Assembly: GCA_039929185.1 (NCBI GenBank) | Contig: JBDSRR010000140.1 | Span: 1 to 50,696 of the forward strand | Direction of reading: 5' to 3' | DNA: 50,696 bases | Source: Actinomycetota bacterium | GTDB taxonomy: Bacteria > Actinomycetota > CADDZG01 > JAHWKV01 | Shown: one piece after another, positions 42,901 to 50,247 of the stretch | Layout of the letters: the number at the start of each line of letters is the position of its first letter | Position numbering within the stretch: the stretch's first letter is position 1 | Program-made: the position numbers and the translations under genes | Notes under the pieces: model-generated | Told to the model about the DNA's origin: nothing | The model's database searches: none | What the model saw: only the letters and a program-made list of their open reading frames with translations

Positions 42901-45779
42901 CGACTCCGATCTTCGACGACCCCGTCCAGGGCTCACCCATTGCATACGCCGATCTCAACCTGCCTCCCAAGGTGGCCTTCACTCTGTACGACGCCGTAGG
43001 TCCGGCCGGCACTCCAGAGGTGCGCCCCAATCCCTTCGACCTGGGAGTCGGAGGAGTAACCCAGACGCATATCGGATTCTTCTTCCCCGAGCACGTTTCA
43101 TACACACTTTCGATCAAGAGGGCGTCGACCGACGAGGTGGTTCGAACCGTCAGTGGATCGGGTACCGGAGTGAGCTTTTACTGGGACGGCAAGGACTCCT
43201 CAGGGGGGACCGTTGGAAATGCTACATACAAGGCCGTCGTGTCCGCCGTGGACGATCAGGGAAACCAACAAACGGACGGAGTGTGGGTGACTAAGGGTCC
43301 GGGTCCTTTGATCACATCAACCTCGAAGACCAAGGTGCAGATCGGCGAGCTATTTACTGTCACCGGCACTGGGTTCGACACGGGGCTCGGCGTCTACGGG
43401 GTGAACTTCGAGGGAGGCTCCTTGGAGGTCTCATCTTGGAGCCCGACTCAGATCGTCGCGCGCTTTCCTGCTGGGACTCAAACTGGATCTCACTCGATAA
43501 ACGTGTTGGAAGCCGATACGACAAGTCCACCCTTTTTGATCGACGTCGCAAACTACATCGTACCCACCTTAGGGCAGGAGATCCTGGCTGGGATCATGAC
43601 CTTCAAGGTGACCGCATCAGCGGACGCCTTCGCTATCGCTTCGTCTCACGGTGTTCCTACATCATCTGTGTCGGCGATGTTTGCGGGAACTTCCGACACC
43701 GATCTGTCCCGTTGGTATGTCGCGCAAGTCAACCCGACGACCGAAGCCTCCTTAGTGACGGCGTTCGCCGCCGACTCGCAGGTGGTGTGGGCTGAGGTAG
43801 AAACACCGGCCTTCCCGGCTGCAACCATCCCCAACGACAAGGCCTACACCGACGGCAAGCAATGGGGCCTGGACGATCTTTCAGGCACGACCGACAACGA
43901 CATCGATGCCGCACGGGCATGGGACGTTTCCACGGGTGTTACTTCCACGACGATCGCCGTCATCGATTCAGGAATCTCGCCCCACTGGGACCTTGTTTCC
44001 AACCTGGTTGCAGGAAGAAACTACACAACGTCAACCTCTACCGACGACGGTTGCATCGGCACAGACATCGGATCGCACGGCACCGAGGTGGCGGGCATCT
44101 CTTCTGCGGCGACCAACAACGGCAACGTAAATCAGCCTGATTCGATGGCGGGGGTGTCATGGATTGGTAAGGTGCGCCCCTACAAAGTGCTGTCCAACAT
44201 CGGGGGCCACTGCCGTTGGGCGACAGCGACGCCCACGACCACACTTGCAAATGTGATCTACCAAGCTGCTGTTGACGGCAGCGACGTGATCAACATGAGC
44301 CTCACGCAGTCGATGTACTCGGGATCTGAGCAGGACGTAATCACCGGCGCCTGGAACCTGGGAAGAAGCCTCGTCGCACCCTCCGGCAACGATGGTGCTG
44401 CCGTCACCTCCTTCCCGGCGGCATTCAAGCACGCGATCGCAGTCGGAGCGATAAACAGGGCGGGAAATATCATTTCATCCTCAAATAAAGTCGACAAGGG
44501 CAAAGGTGTGTATGCCCCCGGGGCCGACATCTACACAACGCAGGCAACATCATCGGGATACGGATTCGCTCAGGTCACGGGGACTTCGTTCGCGTCGGCA
44601 TTCGTGGCGGGAGTTGCCTCGCTCATCCGCAGTAAGGGCCAAGACAACGTCTACACATTCCATGCAATCGTGGATATCGCCATCCAAAGAAAAACCGACG
44701 GCCCTCAGTTGTTGTGGGCTGACGGCTCTCTGATCCTATTTAGAAACGTAACCATTCCCGATGGCGTGTTCGTTCGCAATCAATCTTCCTGGTATTTCCT
44801 TGATCGAGGAAAGAAGCGGCTAATAGCCGATGCCAACATCCTTCATTCGTGGGGTATATATGATCAGCTGAACGACAACAGCCGCAGGACCAACGTGGTC
44901 TATGTCAACGACGAACGTCTGCCATTAGCAAAGGGAGATCTCCTTGGCTTTCGTCCCGGCGTTCTTTTAAAGTCAGACGTGACAACCGACACCAACGTTT
45001 ACGTCGTCTCCAATGACATCAATCCCAACCCGGGGCTCGATACGAGCGAGTTTGGTCGCTGGACCAGGGGCGATCTCAAATCGCTCGACCCGGCAAGACT
45101 TGCCTGCCTTGGCTACAAGATCGACAGGGCCATAACTGTACCGGTGGCCCTCCTTACCGCCCTCTACTCCACCCCGACTGTCTACAATTCGTGCGACAAC
45201 CATCCCAACGGGTCGATCCTTGCCAACACGACGCCGGCCGTGGGCAAGACCTTCTGGATGAGAGACCTCGGCACCCTGCGCACCGTCGCTGGAACCAACG
45301 AGACAGCGTCATTAGAAGGGCAAGTAAACGGGCAAAGTACACGAAACGCAGGGGTCTTCACCTCCTGGGGTATGGGTGACTTTGACGACCCGCTCGCCAA
45401 CGACGCCATCATTCCCAACTCCTCCGCCGACTTGGAAATACAGCGGCTGCAACCCAGCCAGCTCGTGACCGAAGGACGTACTTGGCTGGGGTATCGGTCT
45501 GGAACAACGGTCAAGCTCACTTATAAGGACGGCTCTCAAGAATTGTTCGTGATCACACTTCCAAACGCCAACGGGATCGCACCCGACTTTGGTGCCGCGA
45601 ATCGTCGGGTATTGGACAGCTACCGCACCCTAACTTGCTATGGCTTCTCCTGGCTTGCAATCCAGGCAAGAGGGGATTGGAACACTGTTAACGGGATCCA
45701 TCACGTCCAGGTGAACGTTGAGACTTACAAGAACCAGAAGGCTATTAATATACCCAACGTATTTTTGCCTTGCCCTTGA
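39942..45779 (+). CDS. 1945-aa secreted multidomain protein: Asp-box (BNR/sialidase-like) region, beta-sandwich modules, FlgD-Ig-like and IPT/TIG-like domains, I9-like propeptide plus S8 subtilisin-family protease, and an unassigned C-terminal region
   Basis: TTG 39942 follows AGGGGGG. The signal-peptide-like N-terminus ends AKA/A. Asp-boxes are TSADQGKTW (40683-40709) and SQDSGTTW (41022-41045). The S8 triad is D1342 in VIDSG (43965-43967), H1379 in HGTEVAG (44076-44078) and S1549 in GTSFA (44586-44588), with the oxyanion Asn in SGNDG. Confidence 0.85.
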   Translation: MFSNVSTARASWRRTGCISIALLLSASLLTMDGSSNQAKAASSSTGLTVADEYSADFSSSTSRGIGLRYINKATDLYVDLRLHGYEGKDPTISGKKASFSAPGMKVNYETGVESVKETIVLEKRSPSTLRFNFSAPGLKASMENDQIVFSPPGETWMFRLGKLEAKDALDIPIPGTMQIEGSTVVIRLDQAALANATLPVTIDPTIEGVPSGATSGTYGKRLFRTSDGRFIFFYRELPTSGPRLVYRTSADQGKTWTPVVVIGPAGSSADLSVASLPDDGFAISYSSGTVDLPKVSFRRLTRSGTSWDIGADSQVTNVAVYLYPLPSVVALDVGPLGQRFAVGYAQFNKVFNRFEYGTSLSQDSGTTWLPAPACSTQTGAGMLVAQGSRLICITAHPGGVDARIYNGTTWGTPVVVFDCCINDIPSAATTKDGRLHLVTSRASSVRYSSLAPGASTWQPQKTLGSGKLPVITTDGTALFVHAEYRLSNKESQINSFVATDGINFNAGKPLGGKAFDYVLDYNEKFDFQDLAGDALFGLVATGTVVGNRIGSSSIFHRLDSPTKKLSFGFTASAAETVTGIKLWATANVVNTLRVGIQSDSGSAPGMPSGNWLQGTGTGGLQVNSFTNMTTVASPIDPIPLTTASLPVTQLYENVRYHLVVEPDAAQSTTKWAAIQAVGTDAGLQTHQDVLDYGVTSTAWVVAAAEVPRFALSGPSAEIIESQLIALATSYAVRDYQGLDYQGVGESFLATSTAISPTNLRMHLTKVGNPHTIKIRMIEDQTNTEIWSTEYTPPSSGGWVSVPITGLTLTPGARYRYTVEALTYSAADHWLMSTSGDMAVSWDGILSTATRYLDRPGFADKTARSADSAWGTPDFWAFNTDDNDALYLGNSEPFDFAVLTRLSADVGVKPDATWSYYNGVADTALVMTRNELTKTSGEASFNMPDDWAMSTVDGKNAYWVKVKAAYPSIASILVDRLTSIRNLSAPTATPIFDDPVQGSPIAYADLNLPPKVAFTLYDAVGPAGTPEVRPNPFDLGVGGVTQTHIGFFFPEHVSYTLSIKRASTDEVVRTVSGSGTGVSFYWDGKDSSGGTVGNATYKAVVSAVDDQGNQQTDGVWVTKGPGPLITSTSKTKVQIGELFTVTGTGFDTGLGVYGVNFEGGSLEVSSWSPTQIVARFPAGTQTGSHSINVLEADTTSPPFLIDVANYIVPTLGQEILAGIMTFKVTASADAFAIASSHGVPTSSVSAMFAGTSDTDLSRWYVAQVNPTTEASLVTAFAADSQVVWAEVETPAFPAATIPNDKAYTDGKQWGLDDLSGTTDNDIDAARAWDVSTGVTSTTIAVIDSGISPHWDLVSNLVAGRNYTTSTSTDDGCIGTDIGSHGTEVAGISSAATNNGNVNQPDSMAGVSWIGKVRPYKVLSNIGGHCRWATATPTTTLANVIYQAAVDGSDVINMSLTQSMYSGSEQDVITGAWNLGRSLVAPSGNDGAAVTSFPAAFKHAIAVGAINRAGNIISSSNKVDKGKGVYAPGADIYTTQATSSGYGFAQVTGTSFASAFVAGVASLIRSKGQDNVYTFHAIVDIAIQRKTDGPQLLWADGSLILFRNVTIPDGVFVRNQSSWYFLDRGKKRLIADANILHSWGIYDQLNDNSRRTNVVYVNDERLPLAKGDLLGFRPGVLLKSDVTTDTNVYVVSNDINPNPGLDTSEFGRWTRGDLKSLDPARLACLGYKIDRAITVPVALLTALYSTPTVYNSCDNHPNGSILANTTPAVGKTFWMRDLGTLRTVAGTNETASLEGQVNGQSTRNAGVFTSWGMGDFDDPLANDAIIPNSSADLEIQRLQPSQLVTEGRTWLGYRSGTTVKLTYKDGSQELFVITLPNANGIAPDFGAANRRVLDSYRTLTCYGFSWLAIQARGDWNTVNGIHHVQVNVETYKNQKAINIPNVFLPCP
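42141..42170 (+). repeat. in-frame 2 x 15-bp tandem duplication (GATTACCAAGGCCTT / GATTACCAAGGCGTT) inside the giant gene
   Basis: Read directly from the sequence. The copies match at 14 of 15 positions and encode DYQGL-DYQGV. Confidence 0.95.
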
Positions 45780-45849
45780 GGAATTTCCCCAGGAAAGAAG
45801 GAGATCAGGGTTCTATGACGAACTATTTAGGAGAAGGAAAGAGCGAGGG

Positions 45850-47226
45850 ATGGGAATGAATATCAGCAGCGGCCTTAGAAGAATCAGTTGGCGAGGGACA
45901 TCTTTGGCTTTGCTAGTGGTAATCACGACTGTCGCGCTGCCAGGCCTTTCTGCGACAGCGGGCCCGGGGACTATCTCTCAGATTCCCCTTGCTGGTTACT
46001 CCTGTGGGCTAGCAATCGACCCTACTCGAAATCTTGCCTATACCCTCACCGGGTGTTACGGAGCGCTGGACATTATCGACCTCTCCCAAGGAAAAGTTGT
46101 CCATACGATCTTTCTTCCCGAGCCAGATGCATGGGCAGTGGATGTGAACCCGGTAACCAACCGAATCTATGTGGCGACAAGTCCGGGTGGCGCTGGCTAC
46201 CAGGGGCGACTGATGGTTGTCGACGGAAACTCACGACAAGTGATTGCAAACATTCCAGTAGGCGATGGTGTCGTGTCGGTTGCAGTAAACAGCGTCACCA
46301 ACCGCATCTATGTGTCTAACGCCAACTCTGCCTACGTCAGTGTAATCGACGGTGCCACCAACACTGAGATCGCACAGATTCGGCCTTATCCCCATGGGAC
46401 GGTTAACTACCCCTACGACTTTGCTGTCGATCAGGACTCGAATCTCATCTACGTCTCATTGGCTTATCCTGTAGCCGTGGCTGTTGTAGACGGTGCCACG
46501 AACCAACTCCTTGGGACCATTCCCACCCCACCCGGCCCGGATCCATATTTAGCCCTCGATAATTCCACGCATCGACTTTTTGTCATTCATTCAGGCTCGA
46601 ATAACATGCAGGTAATTGATACGAACACCAGAACAGTCATTGCAGACTTCAAAGTGGGCGCCAATCCCCTTGACGTGGTGGTGAGCCCCTTGACGCATCG
46701 GGTCTATGTGTCGCGGCTTGGCTCGAGTGTCTTTGGCCAAGGTTATCTGCTCACTATCGACCAGACCACGAACTCCATAATCGACACTTCGCGCTCGATC
46801 GGTTCGGTTCCGTGGTATCTGGCCGCTGCCCCCACGGGTTATCGTCTATATGCTGCCGATGCTTGGGGTAGCTCGCTCAGCGTCATTTCCGAGGATGTCG
46901 TTGCGCCAGTTTCAACCATCTCCACCCCTAACGCTTCGATCCGATCCCCGGGACAGACCATCTCGGGCAGCGTCACAGAGGACTTCTCGGGGGTGGCCAA
47001 AGAACAAATCACGTTCACGGGGGCTCTCGGGGCAGCAACGCAGACAGCGACCCTGACCTGCACACCGAACCGACTTTCATGCACCTGGCAAGTCCCCGCA
47101 CCGACAACCCCAGGCGCTTACCTGGTGCAGGTACAGGGGGTGGACAACGCTGGGTCGACAGAAACCGCGGGCCCATCGACCTCCGATCCCAAAGCAGGTC
47201 CGTACATCGCTATCACGGTGGTCTGA
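45850..47226 (+). CDS. secreted YVTN-family beta-propeller repeat protein with a C-terminal Ig-like domain
   Basis: The start is ATG 45850 or 45856 (GAGGG upstream); the track start at 45718 overlaps the giant gene. The signal peptide is RRISWRGTSLALLVVITTVALPGLSATA. Repeated ~40-aa units read NRIYVATS, NRIYVSNANSAYVSVIDGATN, NLIYVSLAYPVAVAVVDGATN, HRLFVIHSGSNNMQVIDTNT and HRVYVSR. Confidence 0.8.
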   Translation: MGMNISSGLRRISWRGTSLALLVVITTVALPGLSATAGPGTISQIPLAGYSCGLAIDPTRNLAYTLTGCYGALDIIDLSQGKVVHTIFLPEPDAWAVDVNPVTNRIYVATSPGGAGYQGRLMVVDGNSRQVIANIPVGDGVVSVAVNSVTNRIYVSNANSAYVSVIDGATNTEIAQIRPYPHGTVNYPYDFAVDQDSNLIYVSLAYPVAVAVVDGATNQLLGTIPTPPGPDPYLALDNSTHRLFVIHSGSNNMQVIDTNTRTVIADFKVGANPLDVVVSPLTHRVYVSRLGSSVFGQGYLLTIDQTTNSIIDTSRSIGSVPWYLAAAPTGYRLYAADAWGSSLSVISEDVVAPVSTISTPNASIRSPGQTISGSVTEDFSGVAKEQITFTGALGAATQTATLTCTPNRLSCTWQVPAPTTPGAYLVQVQGVDNAGSTETAGPSTSDPKAGPYIAITVV

Positions 47227-47479
47227 AAGGCCAAATTTGGCCCTGTGTGTTGCCTGACATTGTCTTGGCCCCGTGGTACCCACATCGGAATCGATGATGG
47301 CATTGGGCGATACTTTCCTTCGGGGGGACGCGGGCACTGGAACACCGACTGGCTGCCACGGAACCACCCGAATGGAAAGCGATTCGCTCCACCGTCGCTG
47401 GCACGGGCACTGCCGACCTCCAAGAGCCTAAGGTACGCCTCCGACCTCGAAAACGTCGAGTGGGCAGATTTGCGGAGTC

Positions 47480-47902
47480 TTATCCCCTGAAGTGTTGGGT
47501 TTCTGGTGATATGACCAAGATGACTCGCTCGCTGGTTATGCTCTGGTCGTTGTATGCCTGGCCCGTGTATTTCTGAGCCAGAAAGTCGATGTGTGCCCGC
47601 GCCTCGGGGCCTTTGATGGTCTTCACTACGGTTCCTCTTACTTCACCGAACTTGTAGGGATTGTCTAGGTCCCAAACGGTTACCGTGACTTGGGGTCGTT
47701 CCTCGATGTTTAGGAATTTGCGCCGATGTACTTCGGTATTCATCAAGATCGACTCTTCGTCGCAGTCCACCCACATGACATGGCTCTGTGCTCGTCCACT
47801 TGGAAGGATGGAAGTTATGACAGCGAAATTCGGTGCCTTGCAGAGTTCACGTACGTCGGGATTTAGGGTCACGCTGACACCGTCGGCCGATGGCCATCCC
47901 AT
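47480..47902 (-). CDS. PPOX-class (pyridoxamine 5'-phosphate oxidase-like) probable F420-dependent enzyme
   Basis: NFAVITSILPSGRAQSHVMWV ... RPQVTVTVWD is a split-barrel pattern. An alternative start is GTG 47872, forming a GTGA overlap with the amidase stop. Confidence 0.8.
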   Translation of the reverse strand: MGWPSADGVSVTLNPDVRELCKAPNFAVITSILPSGRAQSHVMWVDCDEESILMNTEVHRRKFLNIEERPQVTVTVWDLDNPYKFGEVRGTVVKTIKGPEARAHIDFLAQKYTGQAYNDQSITSERVILVISPETQHFRG

Positions 47903-49290
47903 GGCGCAGCCTCTTCGAGTTGAGCGGAGACCCGAATGAGTAAGTCTTCAGCCCCCAGGTCTGCAACAAGTTGAACACCGATGGGCAGACCACCAAGGCT
48001 GCGTTGCAATGGCAAAGAGATGGCGGGTTGGCCAGTGATGTTGAACGGCCTGGCGAAACAACGAACCTTGCGGTAACGGATGTCGATCGACCACGGGTCG
48101 TCCGCCGGGGGGATCAGTTCTTCCAACAGCGCTGGAACTTCACCGGTTGTGGGCGTGAGCAGTAGGTCGAAGTCGCGCCACCAGGAAACTATGCGGCTTG
48201 CATAACGCTGCAGCCACGCTGCAGCCTTGATGTGCTCGACGGCCGTTACGCCCTCGATCCGCTGCATCCGCGCCCAACTGTACGGCTCGATATCCTCTTC
48301 GCGAAGCTCTCGTCCGAGCGATGCCCATAATCCTTCAGCGGTAGTGCGCATGTTGCATGCATAGTCGAGTTCTGCGCGTGACAGAAGTTCCTCGTTGAAT
48401 AGCATCGAAGGACCGGATTCCTCGACGTGGTGCCCCAATGATTCCAACAGTTTGGCTGTGCGTTGCGTTGCTTGAACGACTTCTTCGTCTACTTCGGTGG
48501 CTTCAACACTGGTCAGTATTCCGATGCGCAGTCGACCTGCGTCGCTTCCGACTTCTTCGATGTATGGGCGTGCTGGTGGCCGTGCTAAATAGAGGTCGCC
48601 TAACTCGGGGCCATGGAGAGCATCGAGTATGGCTGCGGTGTCGCGAACGGTGTGACTTACAACATGCTCGGCCCCCAGTCGCCCGATGATGGCGCCGCGC
48701 GATGTGCGACCCCGCGACGGCTTGAGCCCTACCAAGCCGCACCATGCTGCCGGCATGCGGATGGAGCCGCCCCCGTCGCTTGCATGAGCAACCGCAACCA
48801 TGCCCGACGCAACCGCGGCAGCAGAGCCGCCGCTTGATCCGCTCGTTGAGCGCGCCGTGTCCCAAGGGTTGCGGGTTGGTGCGAAAGCTTTGGGGCTGGT
48901 TGTGGGCTGCGCGCCGAACTCGGGTGTTGCGCCTTTTCCTAAGACGATGAAACCAGCCTTGGTGATGCGCTTTCCCATGGGCGAGCTTTGCGTTGGCCGC
49001 CAGTCGAGTTCCTTCAATATCCGATTGCCTTGGTATTGCGGAACTCCCGCCTGCTGCGCCCCCAGGTCTTTCAAGACGATGGGAACCCCCCTGAAAGGGC
49101 CATCCGGAAGGTGCGGGTCGAGCGCTGCCGCTCGTGCTTCATCGAATAAGGGAACAACGATGGCGTTCAACTCGGGGTCAAGCTTGTCGATCCTTGCTAT
49201 CGCAGCGTCCACGGCTTCTATGGGGGATATCTGGTTAGTGCTGATCAGCGCAGCGGTCGCCACGGCATCGAGTCGAGAAAGATCATCCAT
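47869..49290 (-). CDS. amidase (amidase-signature family)
   Basis: The AS signature reads [45 protein letters not shown] prefer ATG 49290 ([10 protein letters not shown]...). The track start at 49323 shares an ATGCAT palindrome with the divergent gene. Confidence 0.9.
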   Translation of the reverse strand: MDDLSRLDAVATAALISTNQISPIEAVDAAIARIDKLDPELNAIVVPLFDEARAAALDPHLPDGPFRGVPIVLKDLGAQQAGVPQYQGNRILKELDWRPTQSSPMGKRITKAGFIVLGKGATPEFGAQPTTSPKAFAPTRNPWDTARSTSGSSGGSAAAVASGMVAVAHASDGGGSIRMPAAWCGLVGLKPSRGRTSRGAIIGRLGAEHVVSHTVRDTAAILDALHGPELGDLYLARPPARPYIEEVGSDAGRLRIGILTSVEATEVDEEVVQATQRTAKLLESLGHHVEESGPSMLFNEELLSRAELDYACNMRTTAEGLWASLGRELREEDIEPYSWARMQRIEGVTAVEHIKAAAWLQRYASRIVSWWRDFDLLLTPTTGEVPALLEELIPPADDPWSIDIRYRKVRCFARPFNITGQPAISLPLQRSLGGLPIGVQLVADLGAEDLLIRVSAQLEEAAPWDGHRPTVSA

Positions 49291-49317
49291 TGGAAGCCAT
49301 ACGATAACCTGGTCGGC

Positions 49318-50247
49318 ATGCATCCGGGAGCGTCGATCCAGGCTCGCGGTCTGATCAAGCGCTTCGGCGGGTTCACGGCTGTTGATGGGATCGATTTCGA
49401 CGTTTACCCCGGCGAAGCTTTCGGCTTCCTGGGGCCCAACGGCGCGGGCAAAACCTCAACGATGCGTATGATCGGGTGCGCTTCGCCCATCACCGAAGGG
49501 TCGCTCGTGGTACTGGGGATGGATCCAAAGCGTGTGCCATCGTCGATTAGGGCCCGGCTTGGAGTTGTTCCGCAGACTGACAATCTTGATATCGAGTTGA
49601 CCGTGCGTGAGAACTTGCAGATGTATGCCCGTTACTTCGATGTTCCCAAGACGGTGGCTCGTGAGCGTGCAAACGAACTGCTCGACTTTGTTCAGCTAAC
49701 CGAACGTGCCGACGCGAAGGTCGAACCCTTGTCGGGAGGGATGAAGCGCAGGCTGACCATAGCGCGCGCTCTGATAAATGAACCCGATGTGATGCTCCTC
49801 GACGAACCCACGACAGGCCTTGACCCGCAAGCTAGACATCTTCTTTGGGATCGCCTGTATCGCCTGAAACAGCAGGGCAAGACTCTTGTGATCACAACTC
49901 ATTACATGGACGAGGCCGAACAATTATGCGATCGCTTGGTGGTCATGGACAAAGGAAAGATCGTGGCGGAGGGGGCCCCGCGTCAATTGATCGAAAAGTA
50001 TGTGACCAAGGAAGTTTTGGAACTGCGAATGTCCGACGAAGTTCGTCAGCGACTGGACGGCCGACTGGAAGGGGTTGCCGAACGGGTCGAGCGACTTCCC
50101 GATCGCCTTCTTGTTTATGCAGACAATGGCGAGGTTGCGCTGGCGCGCATACATGAACAGGGAATCGAGACCGAAACGGCGTTGGTCAGGCGCGCTTCCT
50201 TAGAGGATGTGTTCTTGAACCTGACCGGGCGAACCCTGATCGAGTGA
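49318..50247 (+). CDS. ABC transporter ATP-binding protein (DrrA/NodI-like)
   Basis: GPNGAGKTSTMRMI, LSGGMKRRLTIARAL and MLLDEPTTGLD are present, with a C-terminal DrrA-type extension. Confidence 0.9.
   Translation: MHPGASIQARGLIKRFGGFTAVDGIDFDVYPGEAFGFLGPNGAGKTSTMRMIGCASPITEGSLVVLGMDPKRVPSSIRARLGVVPQTDNLDIELTVRENLQMYARYFDVPKTVARERANELLDFVQLTERADAKVEPLSGGMKRRLTIARALINEPDVMLLDEPTTGLDPQARHLLWDRLYRLKQQGKTLVITTHYMDEAEQLCDRLVVMDKGKIVAEGAPRQLIEKYVTKEVLELRMSDEVRQRLDGRLEGVAERVERLPDRLLVYADNGEVALARIHEQGIETETALVRRASLEDVFLNLTGRTLIE

Noticed and set aside
39942-45779. I considered whether the giant protein is an Rhs/YD-repeat polymorphic toxin, because of the PVTIDPT-type N-terminal module.
   Set aside because: There are no YD/RHS repeats, no PxxxxDPxGL-type core end, no C-terminal toxin-like tip and no small immunity-like ORF downstream. 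The enzymatic domain is a subtilase.
45718-45849. The track gives an upstream extension to the YVTN protein ORF.
   Set aside because: The extension overlaps the 3' end of the giant gene and places 44 non-signal residues ahead of an obvious signal peptide. ATG 45850 and 45856 both have purine-rich RBS-like sequence upstream.
47229-47242. I considered GGCCAAATTTGGCC, directly after the YVTN stop, as an intrinsic terminator.
   Set aside because: The stem is at most 5 bp with a 4-nt loop, and no U-tract follows. That is too weak to annotate.
47245-47490. An 81-aa ORF (GTG start) lies in the long convergent spacer. Its C-terminus (LRYASDLENVEWADLRSL) faintly recalls a GNAT N-terminus.
   Set aside because: The ORF has no RBS, odd composition and no domain-length similarity. 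Its end overlaps the PPOX gene. The region is kept only as an unexplained spacer in the findings.
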